This document shows, in pieces, positions 38,618 through 48,910 of a stretch of DNA of 64,000 nucleotides (within the stretch, counting starts at the first letter, position 1; every line of letters begins with the position of its first letter). Made by a program: the position numbers and the translations under genes. This DNA comes from Candidatus Obscuribacterales bacterium. Lineage in GTDB: Bacteria; Cyanobacteriota; Vampirovibrionia; Obscuribacterales; Obscuribacteraceae. The stretch covers positions 160,001-224,000 of the forward strand of contig CBDDIJ010000002.1 in NCBI GenBank assembly GCA_965228855.1, in the 5' to 3' direction. Below the pieces are notes generated by a model. It did no database searches. It was not told where the DNA came from and saw nothing but the letters and a program-made list of their open reading frames with translations.

Positions 38618-40396
38618 TCACTTCGGGATCGAAAACCAAAACGTACTGCCCTTGCCGACTTCGCTTTCGACACCAATTGCGCCACCATGCTGTTCGACAA
38701 TCGCTTTACTAATCGCCAGTCCCAATCCAGTTCCGCTGCGGTTTTCCTCGCCCTCCGGCGCCTGCTTGAACCTGTCAAAAATAGTGCGGAGATACTCCGC
38801 CGCAATTCCACAACCCTCATCAGCGATCCTGAGAGAAACCGCCTCACCAAGCTCCTCTACAGAAACTCTCACGGTGCCGCCATCAGGAGAAAACTTGACC
38901 GCGTTTGAAACCAGATTTACCAGAACCTGAACAACCCGGTCTCCATCTACATTTAGAACCAGTGGTGTCGTCGGCGCCACCACCTTAACGTTCTTCTCGG
39001 CTGCCATCGCAGAGCACGCACCAACCGTCTGATCGAGCAGGTGCTGAACGTTTTGCTCCGACCTCCGCAACTTCATATGTCCAGATTCCAATCGATCTAT
39101 ATCCAGCAAATCGCAAATCAGCTTGACTAAGCGATCGATGCTTTTGCCCATCTGCGACAATCGTTCCCGACCCGACTGATTCAACTCGCCGTAGATTCCA
39201 TCCTCGAGAAGCTCCAGATAGTTCTGCACCGACGTGAGCGGTGTCCGCAAATCATGGCTCACCATTGAAACAAAGTCTTGCTTCATCCGCTCCAACTGCT
39301 TGCGATCGGTAATATTGTGCGCGACGCAAAAGTACGATCCATCAGTCTCTGACCAGGTTACCGACCAGAGCGTATCAACCACAGTGCCGTCCTCACGCAG
39401 CATCCTGTTCTCAAAGGACTTACTAGTCCTTTCAGAACGCGCCTGTTCAAGCTCCTTAACAGTAGCTTCACGCTCGTCAGCGACGATGTACTTAACGTAA
39501 TGCGCCCCCAGTAAGTCATCCGCATCCCTTCCGAGAAGCTCTGCCGAAGCCGGATTCACACGTTCCAGGACGCCTGACTTACTGATTGAAAAGATCATAT
39601 CCGCAGTATTGTCCACGACCGCGCGCTCGCGCATCGAAGCCAGCGTCAGCGCTTCAGCCATCTCCCTGAATGTGTGGTCGAGATGCGCAAGCTCATCATT
39701 ACCTTTAATTGGAGGACTGAGCGGCAAACCACGAGCAAGCCTAACGGTGTTATCCATGAGAACTGAGAGCCTTCCGGTCAATTCGCGAATGACTACGACA
39801 ACAACGACAAATGCGATCACCGTATTCAATACCACACCAATGAACAACCAGCTTTGAATTCGCTTTCGCTGCTCCGTCTGAACCTTCGGATAGAGCTCCT
39901 CCGCCTTGCGTTCCTCTTCTAGAATTTTGTCGAGCTCTTTGGTTAGATTTCCGAAAATTTGCTGCGCCCTGTCCTTGGTCGCGAGGATGCCTTCGTCGCG
40001 TAAAATCCGCTTCAACACTCGAAGTTGATCGGCGCCGTCGCGCATCAATTTCTGCGCACGCTCAAAGTGCTCACGAGCAGCGGGATAATCAGCCAGCGCT
40101 TTGGTTAATATGCGCTCCTCTTTTTCAATTTTCTCGCGCGCCCTGGCATCGCGCTCCGCTCGTTTCTCCTTATCCGCAGCGATGGTGAAACCGGCACCAG
40201 CTGTGGCATTATCAAGAAGAATTCTATGGACTTCGTTGACGTGCGTGATAATCGAACGCGCAATGAATTCGTTCTGGCGCTCCCGCTCGGCTTCTGCAAG
40301 AAGATTGCTGAGAACCAACACAAAGCAAAATTCAAACACCAGTGGCAGTACCACTAGAATCAGCATCTTGTGAGAAAGCTTCAGACCTTTTGCCAT
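38618..40396 (-). CDS. Membrane sensor histidine kinase (periplasmic sensor, HAMP, PAS, HisKA, HATPase)
   Basis: Two TMs; DELAHLD..F..MA (HAMP); PAS ending HNITDRK; SHDLRTPL, NLVSNAVKF, DEGCGI and GTGLGLAI. Confidence 0.95.
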   Translation of the reverse strand: MAKGLKLSHKMLILVVLPLVFEFCFVLVLSNLLAEAERERQNEFIARSIITHVNEVHRILLDNATAGAGFTIAADKEKRAERDARAREKIEKEERILTKALADYPAAREHFERAQKLMRDGADQLRVLKRILRDEGILATKDRAQQIFGNLTKELDKILEEERKAEELYPKVQTEQRKRIQSWLFIGVVLNTVIAFVVVVVVIRELTGRLSVLMDNTVRLARGLPLSPPIKGNDELAHLDHTFREMAEALTLASMRERAVVDNTADMIFSISKSGVLERVNPASAELLGRDADDLLGAHYVKYIVADEREATVKELEQARSERTSKSFENRMLREDGTVVDTLWSVTWSETDGSYFCVAHNITDRKQLERMKQDFVSMVSHDLRTPLTSVQNYLELLEDGIYGELNQSGRERLSQMGKSIDRLVKLICDLLDIDRLESGHMKLRRSEQNVQHLLDQTVGACSAMAAEKNVKVVAPTTPLVLNVDGDRVVQVLVNLVSNAVKFSPDGGTVRVSVEELGEAVSLRIADEGCGIAAEYLRTIFDRFKQAPEGEENRSGTGLGLAISKAIVEQHGGAIGVESEVGKGSTFWFSIPK

Positions 40397-40698
40397 ATGG
40401 TCATCTACTAAGTTATCGCGCGCGACGAAGACAACACAATCTTATACAGTGTCCAGCAATAACTCAATCAGTTTAATAGCAAAACGCCGAAACGCCGCTC
40501 AGACCAAAGCGAACAAAAGTTGTCACACCTTCGCCACAATTCCTGCTTATCGTACTCGCAAGCGGTTTAAACGCCCACAGACTCGATTTCCACTTGTCTG
40601 TTTTATAAACACTATTTACTACTTCAAGACTAAACTGATTGCAGAGCTTGCCCCTGCTCGCTCCAGGGCGTTCTCTCCTTCTTCCGGAGGATTATCTT

Positions 40699-41979
40699 AT
40701 GCTGCACACACGCGAGGTCGATAACTCAGGACCGACTGAAAGTCCTCTCAGACAAGTTGCATCGGAGGCTTACAGACCCGAATCCCGCGAAATCTTTGCT
40801 AACAAGCTTACTCAGACATCCTGCCAGAACGAACGAATGAGCGACGACGCGCTCAACACGTTTTTCAAATCAAATCTTGATACCAGCCAATTGTATAAGA
40901 CCTGCGAAAAACCGCGTGAACGGCACGCTCCGAACGAGGGACAATGTGAGAACAGAAAGGCGTTCAACAGTTTTGAGACCGGCACCGATCAATACAAAAA
41001 CACTTCCCGGCACCTCAGAGAAGCGCTCACAGCCTTGAACTCAGATAATCCGACCAAGGCGCTCAAGGAACTCGGGACCAGTAAACAATGCCTGGATACC
41101 GGCAATGAGGATATCAAAAACGGTTTAAAGCAACATGAGGGAACACGCGGCGAATGCCCAATTCAACGAGGGCTTGAGCGAGCTCAGAAAAACGATTTTG
41201 CGATTAACGCCGCGACTGAATTGATCAAGGGCGGTTGCGCAGAGGATGCGAAACACGTGATCCGTGATGCAATCAAGCGAATGAACGGTGCGACTTCAGA
41301 GGTCGATGAAGGCGTCCACAACCTGCGCGCTTCGGAAGAGTCGGCTTTCACACCGCGTAGCAATGAGTCTAGAACCCGAGGCGACGGAGACAGCTCTGAC
41401 CGCATAAGCTACCGCCCGTATGAGGGTCAGGAGAGACCGTTCATCAAGCCCGGTGAATTTGTGATCGCTCTCGTGAGTGGCTCCGCTGCAGGTCTGAGCA
41501 ACTCTGCCAACTTACTAGGACGACTTCTCGGCGGCGGAGGTTTCGGAGAAAGCTACCGAAACGACTCCCAGAGCGGCTCGCGCAACAGTTTCAATCTGAT
41601 GGATCCGCTCGGGTTGTTCAACAACTTTGACAGAACAAGCGGAAACGGACAGGGAGACGGACTTTCCAGTACACTTCAAAACCTGCTCAGACCGCCAGGC
41701 ATCCTCGGCGGCGGAAACGGAAGCTTGCTCGACTCGCTGCCGAAGCCACCCGACCCGCTCGGCGTCCTCGGTGGAGAAAACGGAAGTCTGCTCGACTCAC
41801 TGCCTAAACCGCCGGATCCACTGGGCATCCTCGGTGGTGGCGACTCCGGTTTCGGAAACCTCTTGCCCAAGAATCCACTTGAGGCTGCAACCAAACCGCT
41901 CGAACTGGCTTCTAAACCTTTGGAGCTAGCGACCAAGCCCCTAGAACCGCTGAAGAAACTGTTCAAAAAACTGTTCTAA
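40699..41979 (+). CDS. Hypothetical protein with C-terminal Gly/Pro/Leu repeats
   Basis: GGAGG RBS; repeats GILGG.NGSLLDSLPKPPDPL and KPLELA; ends LKKLFKKLF. Confidence 0.75.
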   Translation: MLHTREVDNSGPTESPLRQVASEAYRPESREIFANKLTQTSCQNERMSDDALNTFFKSNLDTSQLYKTCEKPRERHAPNEGQCENRKAFNSFETGTDQYKNTSRHLREALTALNSDNPTKALKELGTSKQCLDTGNEDIKNGLKQHEGTRGECPIQRGLERAQKNDFAINAATELIKGGCAEDAKHVIRDAIKRMNGATSEVDEGVHNLRASEESAFTPRSNESRTRGDGDSSDRISYRPYEGQERPFIKPGEFVIALVSGSAAGLSNSANLLGRLLGGGGFGESYRNDSQSGSRNSFNLMDPLGLFNNFDRTSGNGQGDGLSSTLQNLLRPPGILGGGNGSLLDSLPKPPDPLGVLGGENGSLLDSLPKPPDPLGILGGGDSGFGNLLPKNPLEAATKPLELASKPLELATKPLEPLKKLFKKLF

Positions 41980-42002
41980 ACACCAGAGCTTTTCCCCCGA
42001 GC

Positions 42003-42054
42003 ACAGAAACGCATGCAGGAGTTTCGCCAACGCGAGACTCCTTCGTGTTTCTGT
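42003..42054. terminator. Stem-loop downstream of 40699..41979
   Basis: ACAGAAAC..AGGAGTTTCGC-caac-GCGAGACTCCT..GTTTCTGT. Confidence 0.55.
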
Positions 42055-42107
42055 TCAAATTATTTGACTGAGTTTCCAAATTCGAGAAATCGGGTTTGAG
42101 AATATTT

Positions 42108-42782
42108 ATGGCAAAGGTTCTGGTGGTAGACGACGATAAACTTCTGGCGAATATGATCGCCGACTATCTGCGCGCGCAGCAGTACACGATTGAGTGCGCG
42201 TACAACGGCGCAGATGCCGAAGAATTGCTCTGCAACTATGTTTACGACGCGATTGTGATCGATTGGGGACTCCCTGAAAAGACCGGAATCGATGTCGTAA
42301 AAAAATTTCGGTTCGAAGGCGGAAACGCGCCCATCCTGATGTTGACAGGGCGGAACTCGATCGACGAGAAAGAGGTCGGTCTGGACAACGGCGCCGACGA
42401 TTATTTAACCAAACCCTTTCACATGAAGGAACTCTCCGCGCGCCTCCGTGCCCTCCTGCGAAGAGCCGCACCAACAAAGAAGTCTGAGCTGACAGCCAAA
42501 GGACTTGTCCTGGATCCGGTCGCGCACAAAGTCACCAGGGATGGTGTCGAGATCTCACTGCATCCCAAAGAATTCGCGCTTCTTGAACATCTCATGCGAA
42601 ATCCAAATCAAGTTTTCAGCGCGGAAAATTTACTCGATCGCGTATGGAAATCAGATTCGAGCGTCGGACCCGAAGGCGTGCGCGCGTCTGTAAAACGCTT
42701 GCGCAAAAAGATTGACGTCGAAGGCAAGGATTCAGTTATCGAAACCGTCTACGGCGTCGGCTACAAACTAGTCACCGACTGA
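42108..42782 (+). CDS. OmpR/PhoB family response regulator
   Basis: VLVVDDD, VIDWGLP, LMLTG, GADDYLTKPF and winged-helix ending IETVYGVGY. Confidence 0.95.
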   Translation: MAKVLVVDDDKLLANMIADYLRAQQYTIECAYNGADAEELLCNYVYDAIVIDWGLPEKTGIDVVKKFRFEGGNAPILMLTGRNSIDEKEVGLDNGADDYLTKPFHMKELSARLRALLRRAAPTKKSELTAKGLVLDPVAHKVTRDGVEISLHPKEFALLEHLMRNPNQVFSAENLLDRVWKSDSSVGPEGVRASVKRLRKKIDVEGKDSVIETVYGVGYKLVTD

Positions 42783-42807
42783 CGAGCGAGAAATTTCGCC
42801 TGTTCCG

Positions 42808-42903
42808 GAAATTTCTACTAAATTCCAGTCCGAAATTTCTACTATATTCCAGCCCGAAATCCCTACTATAGTCCAGCCCGAAATCTCTACTATATTCCCG
42901 CGT
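42808..42903. repeat. Four 24-bp tandem repeats carrying CTACTA
   Basis: GAAAT(T/C)(T/C)CTACTA(T/A)A(T/G)TCCAG(C/T)CC x4, last copy degenerate. Confidence 0.9.
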
Positions 42904-42983
42904 ATTCGCATGCACCCGAGATCGAAACGCAGACGGCACTTTCGAGACTTCCAATCCAAACACAATAGTCCAAAACCAAGCTT

Positions 42984-43035
42984 TGGCTATGAGGGAACGA
43001 CGAAATTCGTGATTTCCGTCATTCCCTCATAGCCA
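42984..43035. repeat. 52-bp four-box element, copy R6
   Basis: TGGCTA tgaggga ACGACG aaattcgtgatttc CGTCAT tccctca TAGCCA. Confidence 0.9.
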
Positions 43036-43181
43036 AACGTCCGCGAAAAATTAGCAACGCCGCCGCCTATCCTGTCATACTCAGGGTTCTCGCCATTTTA
43101 TAGATACGAAGTCATATAGTAGCAAAGTTTCGAAAGAAAGGTGGTACCAAGATTGATACCACCTTCCGGTGCGCTGTGAAC

Positions 43182-44207
43182 TTAATCATCGACGTATCGA
43201 CCAGCTCTCCGAGACCAAACGCGAGGCGCCTGAGCGAGTTTGACGAGAACCTTCGCCAGACCCAACGTGATGCGAGCCATTGCGTCGAAGTCGACTTTGT
43301 CGGGAGTGTCGTCCACGCCATGCAGGTACGGAAACCGGAAATTCGATGTATCGGTGACCATAAGTGCCGGACAGTCGAACTGCCAGAACGACCAGTGGTC
43401 GGAGCGAGCGATGTCTTTGAACCGTTCCGGAGCAGCCGCGCCTTCGGATGGAAACGCAGCCAGCTCGCGGAAGTTGCGAACCACCCTGCGAACCCAATCA
43501 CGCGACGCATAGTTCCCGATGAAACCGATGAAGTTTCCCCGCTCGGGATAGAACAGATTGAACGGGAACGGGTACTTCTGCGAGCCAATTTCGTTGGAGA
43601 AATACCCAAGCATCTCCAGCGAAATCATTCCGACCAGCTGGTCGCCACGGTCGTGACTGCGTTTTGCATGGTGGTAACTCCCCATGTTTCGCCAGTCTTC
43701 ACCGTGATATTCCTCGTTTGGAAAAGCAACGAACCGGACAGTCTTGTCCATGGGGACGTCCTTCAGGAGCGACGCAATCTCAATCAGAGCTGCGACTCCG
43801 GAGGCATTGTCATCGGCTCCTGGTGACCCGAGAACGGTGTCATAGTGGGCGCCGATGACAATAACTTCCTTGGGCTTCCGCCTTCCGGTTATTTCAGCAA
43901 CAACGATTTGCTGCGAGACGCCTTGAAAATCGAACGATTCAATCTCAACGTCAAAGTCGCGTTGAATAAACTGACTCGTGCAATACTTAGCGGACCTGCG
44001 CAGGCTATCACCGCGTTCGGCATGGCGAACACCGATGCCCAGAGCCAGTTCTTCGACGTGTTTCCGAAGACGCGCTGCCAGCTGTTTCTCAGAGGGCATG
44101 AGCGCCGGCAGCGTTTCGGAAAAACTCCTGCCGGGCATGCTCACATACCGCGCGAACACAGGGTAGAGCAGGCACCGCAGCAGCGAGCGTTTTATGTTTT
44201 TCCACAT
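43182..44207 (-). CDS. Peptidase M28 family protein
   Basis: IGAHYDT, PGADDNASGVA, FPNEE, SLEMLG, RSDHWSF and YLHGVDDTPD. Confidence 0.92.
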   Translation of the reverse strand: MWKNIKRSLLRCLLYPVFARYVSMPGRSFSETLPALMPSEKQLAARLRKHVEELALGIGVRHAERGDSLRRSAKYCTSQFIQRDFDVEIESFDFQGVSQQIVVAEITGRRKPKEVIVIGAHYDTVLGSPGADDNASGVAALIEIASLLKDVPMDKTVRFVAFPNEEYHGEDWRNMGSYHHAKRSHDRGDQLVGMISLEMLGYFSNEIGSQKYPFPFNLFYPERGNFIGFIGNYASRDWVRRVVRNFRELAAFPSEGAAAPERFKDIARSDHWSFWQFDCPALMVTDTSNFRFPYLHGVDDTPDKVDFDAMARITLGLAKVLVKLAQAPRVWSRRAGRYVDD

Positions 44208-44257
44208 GGGTTCACTCCCTTGTTGTTCTTGCCGCTGTCAAAAAACAGATGCGCTTC

Positions 44258-45319
44258 TCAGGCAGAGAACCCATGTTCCGCGAAGATCTTTTCGACCTGA
44301 ACAACGGCGTACTGACCAAGGGGCATGTCGAAGCTCACCTGCTCGAGCTGCTCACACAGAGCAATCGCGGCGGCTTTGCGCTCGGTGGGGATGAGACCGG
44401 CTTTCTCCAGGCGACGCACCGTGGCGATGTACGACGCGGTAATCGCGTGCCACTTCGCGACGCGAGTGAGGTCGAAAGTCAGCCCGTGGAAACCGTTGAT
44501 GGTCGGCGAGATAACGATGTTGCCCTCGTCTTCGGTCGGGTGCATGCCGTCGATATTGCCGCAGCTGCCACCGCAACGCAGATGCCAGAGAGTGCGCAGC
44601 CACCAGGACTTCTTCACGTGGTCATCCGGCAAGTCGAACGCGATGATCTTGTCCGGGCTCGCGCCAAGACGCATCTGCACCGGCAAGGTGGGACAGCTGC
44701 CCGCGTCGCCGATGGCGCCGTCGAACAAATGCCAGCCGCTGTACTCGACCGCGTCGATGATGCCGGGTATCGCACACGACGCATTAACCGCAGTACCGAC
44801 TGAAACCGGACCTTCGAAGCCTTCAGGCTTCTCGGCGTGCTTCCAGTTCCAGTAGGCGCCCAACTTGGTGAAGAGGACGGAGTGTCCGGTCAAGCTTGCC
44901 GCCATCGTCCAGAACCCATCGGGCCAGCTCGTCACTTCTTCGTCGATGAGCTCCTGGATGGGTTTTCCCGAGTAAACACCCTTGAGAGGCAGGGTGTGCT
45001 CGTACCGATACTTGGAGAGCAGCGCCCAGATTCGGCTCAGCCAGCCGCTCTTGGGGATGAGAAATTTTGTGAAATCGGCGCCGACCGCGAGCTCAAGAAG
45101 CTCTTGCGCGGACACGCCGTGTGCGAAGAGAGCAGCCGGTATGGAACCGCCACTCACACCGCCGATGGTGGCAAACTTGGTGAAGCCGCATTTTTCAAAC
45201 GCGACAATCGCACCAGTTGCGCCAAGAATCGCTTTCGAACCTCCCGCTCCGAAAACGACGTGATACTCGTTGGACAGGTCGCGCTGGACCTCTCCAGTGT
45301 TGGTTGTTGTGTCGTGCAT
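44258..45319 (-). CDS. Patatin-like phospholipase
   Basis: GAGGSKA Gly-loop, GVSGG nucleophile, ASCAIPG and FDGA. Confidence 0.88.
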   Translation of the reverse strand: MHDTTTNTGEVQRDLSNEYHVVFGAGGSKAILGATGAIVAFEKCGFTKFATIGGVSGGSIPAALFAHGVSAQELLELAVGADFTKFLIPKSGWLSRIWALLSKYRYEHTLPLKGVYSGKPIQELIDEEVTSWPDGFWTMAASLTGHSVLFTKLGAYWNWKHAEKPEGFEGPVSVGTAVNASCAIPGIIDAVEYSGWHLFDGAIGDAGSCPTLPVQMRLGASPDKIIAFDLPDDHVKKSWWLRTLWHLRCGGSCGNIDGMHPTEDEGNIVISPTINGFHGLTFDLTRVAKWHAITASYIATVRRLEKAGLIPTERKAAAIALCEQLEQVSFDMPLGQYAVVQVEKIFAEHGFSA

Positions 45320-45799
45320 GTTGATGTCTCGTACGCTAACAGTGACAATCACCGCGCGTTAAATCGCACGCCACACCATGTGACGCGCGCTAAAGATAAG
45401 AAGGCACTTTTCTCAAGAGGAGAAGAGTTGCAAGAGGATAGAGAGGCGTTTAATTCCTCACGGATTTAGAATGAAAAGATTCGTTTCGAAGATACGGAGA
45501 GAGACTCCCAAAAGTGAATATCTAAAGCCTCTTCAATCGAAACTTGCCGCGGGACACAGTTTAGTCAGCTGCACCCTCCTGACAATCCCGCTTCTCAAAA
45601 CTACGCAATTCTGGGACACATGACATCGCCCGGTTGCCAAGCCAGTTATAATTCTCATTCAGTTTCAAATACCTAGCCTCGGTGCGCAAATGGCTAACAC
45701 CTTTTCGGGCAGGGATTTTTGGGCATCGTTTAAACCCACTGCCCAAGCGGAACAATGGACCTGTCGGAGAAACAATTACCAGCACGAGGTACAGTCGGA

Positions 45800-46840
45800 A
45801 TGAAGGTAAAAGCTGCGGTTCTTGAGAAAGCCAATGTTTTCGGGATCCAAGAAGTAGACTGTCCGGATCCGGGTCCGGATGAGGTTTTGATTAAAACCAA
45901 AGCTGTCGGAATCTGCGGTTCAGACGTCCATTATTACGTGGAAGGTCGCATCGGGCCTTACATCGTCGACAAACCGCTCATCCTCGGTCATGAAACCGGT
46001 GGGCAGGTCGCCAAGGTCGGCAAGAACGTCAAACACTTGAAGGAAGGCGATCGCGTCGCACTGGAACCGGGCGTTCCATGCGGTTGCACAGACTTCGTCA
46101 AACGTGGTCAGTACAATCTCTGCCCGAGTATCAAATTCTTCGCGACACCGCCGTATCACGGCACATTTGCCGAGTACTTCATTCACGACGCAAACTTCAC
46201 TTTCAAGCTTCCGGACAACGTCAGTTTCGAAGAAGGTGCGATGTGCGAGCCCCTCTCGGTAGGCATTCACGCCACGCGTCAGGGCTCAGTAGGTCTTGGT
46301 TCACGCGTGCTGATCACAGGCGCCGGACCGATAGGTCTGGTGAACGTTCTCTGCGCGAAAGCAGCAGGAGCAGGCATTATCGCTGTCGTTGAAACACACA
46401 AAAACCGCATCAAAATGGCGAAAGAGTGCGGCGCGACTCATGCTTTTGAAACGTTCAACCAGGAAGAAATTCTCGACCTCACCATGGACGCGACCTATGG
46501 CGAAGGTTTCGACGTTGTTATCGAATGCTCCGGAGCAGGTCCGGCAGCGCAAACCGCTGTCAAAGCCTTGAAACCGGGCGGAACGCTCGTGTTCGTCGGA
46601 TTGTTCAGCCAGCTGGAAGTGCCGATGGATCTGAACATGATCACGCAGAAAGAGCTGACGTACAAAGGCGTCTTCCGTTATCGCAACACCTATCCAACCG
46701 CGATTGATTTGATTTCGTCCGGTCGCCTGGATGTGAAACCGCTGATCACCAAACGCTTCCCCTGGCAAGAAGTGAAAGCCGCCATGGATTGCGCCCACAC
46801 CGAAGCGAGTACGCAAATCAAAGTAATGACAGAGTGGTAA
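45800..46840 (+). CDS. Zn-dependent polyol (sorbitol/xylitol/L-iditol) dehydrogenase, MDR family
   Basis: GICGSDVHYY, LGHE, GDRVALEPG, EPLSVG, GAGPIG and GVFRY. Confidence 0.9.
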   Translation: MKVKAAVLEKANVFGIQEVDCPDPGPDEVLIKTKAVGICGSDVHYYVEGRIGPYIVDKPLILGHETGGQVAKVGKNVKHLKEGDRVALEPGVPCGCTDFVKRGQYNLCPSIKFFATPPYHGTFAEYFIHDANFTFKLPDNVSFEEGAMCEPLSVGIHATRQGSVGLGSRVLITGAGPIGLVNVLCAKAAGAGIIAVVETHKNRIKMAKECGATHAFETFNQEEILDLTMDATYGEGFDVVIECSGAGPAAQTAVKALKPGGTLVFVGLFSQLEVPMDLNMITQKELTYKGVFRYRNTYPTAIDLISSGRLDVKPLITKRFPWQEVKAAMDCAHTEASTQIKVMTEW

Positions 46841-46971
46841 CACTCCGAGGCGGTGCAAACCGCCTCATCCCCAGCTCTGCCTACTATATTCCAAAGTATC
46901 TAGTGAACACCCAAAAACCAAGACCAGGTGTGACTTCTCAGCACTTTAGCGTAGAGCGACCCAGTCAAAAT

Positions 46972-47339
46972 ACACCCGCTTGTCTACGGTGCATAGACGG
47001 AATTCGCTAAATCCGTCGCTCTAGCGTAGACAGGCGGCAATTCGATCACTCAGAAAATCCCGGAAAACGCCACCAAATCAACAAACAGAGTCCTGTCTTT
47101 TATAGTAGACAAATCTGTTCTACTATAAACCGAAGTATCTCACAAAACACCAAGAATCAGTACCGACGGCGTTTTAGAACCGCCTGCCGACTTAACTAAC
47201 ACCCGCTTGTCTACGGTGCATAGACGGAATTTGCTAAATCCGTCGCTCTGCCGTAGACAGGCGGCAATTCGATCACTCAGAAAATCCCGAAAAACGCCAC
47301 CAAATCAACAAACAGAGTCCTGTCTTTTATAGTAGACAA
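46972..47339. repeat. Direct repeat of ~141 bp (offset 227) carrying 52-bp copies R7 (46981-47032) and R8 (47208-47259)
   Basis: ACACCCGCTTGTCTACGGTGCATAGACGGAATT...CTTTTATAGTAGACAA at 46972-47112 and 47199-47339. Confidence 0.92.
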
Positions 47340-47942
47340 CAGTCGCGGAGCTGCGATATTCGTGCGCGCGCGGGGAGTTTCACACATAGACCATGGCTTA
47401 TGTCATGAATATTAAGTAAGAAGCGAGCCGCGCGATAGGTTTCGCACATGCGCGCCCACACACCCGCGTGTAATAGCAAATATCACTTTCTGAATTGGCT
47501 CTCATATCAGCGCTAGATGTCAAGATCCTGTTCTAGTATTCATTGCACTCGCGCGCGTTTAGCCCAAAACACAGCAACAGTCACTGTTTCTCAATATCAC
47601 TCTGTTTCTCTACAAGCGCTGTACGTCATACGCACCACGTTGCTTTAGAACGTGCGTGCGCCTTAGGTTCAAATCACCTTCAAACATCGTTTCAGAGAAT
47701 GCCGAAAAAGTTCTAATCACAAAGCCTTTCCGGACCACGACAATGACTCTCATCTCCGCGCAAGCAGAGGTGATTCTCAACGTCCTGCAGACTCCGGGAT
47801 AACGGCGTGACCAAAAGCGAAAGAGAAGGACACACATGACCCGTGGTTCGCCCCTACAGGCGACTCGCGTTGTCTTGTTTCTTGCTCTCGGGTGGCGTGT
47901 TGCCTCCGGGATTTTTTAACAACCCAAACGTTAGGAGTCTCT

Positions 47943-48707
47943 ATGCGAAACAAGAGCGAAACCATCTGGATGCCCATCTGGGTCGAACTTCTCTCGAAGT
48001 GCAAGAAGCGCGTCTTCTTGTTCGACCTTGACGGCACCGTCTGGGACGACCTGCTGGTCGTTCTCAACGAAGCTTTCGGACCCGTCGACGCCGCCGGCGA
48101 GAAGGTCTGGAAACAGTACGACCGTGCGTTCAAGGTTCTCGGAACCATGACCAACGGCGCCCACCTCGAAGCCGAGTACCGCGACCTTCTCACCGAGAAG
48201 ACCCTCGCGGAAATCCACGACTGGCTCAAGGTCAACCACCGCCTCGTGCCCGGCATCAAGGAGTTCCTCAAGCTCCTCGCCGACAACGACACGACCGCAA
48301 TCGCGGTTTCGAACGGCGCCTACCAGATCGCGGACCTGATGCTCGCGCATCACGACGTGGTCATGCCGCGTGTCTGCAACTCGCTCGTCATGGAAGAGGG
48401 CAAGTTCGTCGCCCTCGATTTCTTCCACGATGAGCACGAGGGCATCCGCAAGGGTGATCTCGCGACCAAGGCGGCGGAGCTGGGTCACATCGTTGTCGGC
48501 TGCGCCGGCGACTCCAAGGGTGACCTCAGCCTCGCAGTCGACACCGCCAAGCTCGGCGGCATCGTCCTCGCCGTCAACAAGAACGGTCTCTCCGCTTGGT
48601 GCGAAGCCAACGAGGACCAGGTCGGTGGCCCGAACGGCTGGCTCCACGTCATGGATTACGTGGACGCCATCCCGGTCGTCGCCGCACGTCTCGGCAGTCT
48701 GAGCTAG
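47943..48707 (+). CDS. HAD-superfamily phosphatase (subfamily IB-like)
   Basis: FDLDGT, VSNG, K and GDSKGD motifs; AGGAG RBS. Confidence 0.88.
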   Translation: MRNKSETIWMPIWVELLSKCKKRVFLFDLDGTVWDDLLVVLNEAFGPVDAAGEKVWKQYDRAFKVLGTMTNGAHLEAEYRDLLTEKTLAEIHDWLKVNHRLVPGIKEFLKLLADNDTTAIAVSNGAYQIADLMLAHHDVVMPRVCNSLVMEEGKFVALDFFHDEHEGIRKGDLATKAAELGHIVVGCAGDSKGDLSLAVDTAKLGGIVLAVNKNGLSAWCEANEDQVGGPNGWLHVMDYVDAIPVVAARLGSLS

Positions 48708-48910
48708 TGGAACAGTCGTAGTGAGGCAGGCGCTCGAGTGAACTCGTAGCGTCTGTCTTCGCGCGTCTTCACTCAGCAACAACTGTTTCACTACGCACCG
48801 CAGGCGGTGCTCTCGGTCGAGAGCATCGCTTGCAGCTTTTTTCTAACCCGCCAGGTGCATGACGCCCGCGAGCGCGTGTGCCGGCACAAAACCTGAAAAG
48901 GACTTAGATT

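Noticed and set aside
42808..42903. Possible mini-CRISPR, or the small ORFs 42768..42965 and 42772..42963
   Set aside because: Contiguous 24-bp tandem repeats with no spacers; the ORFs are by-products of the in-frame period.
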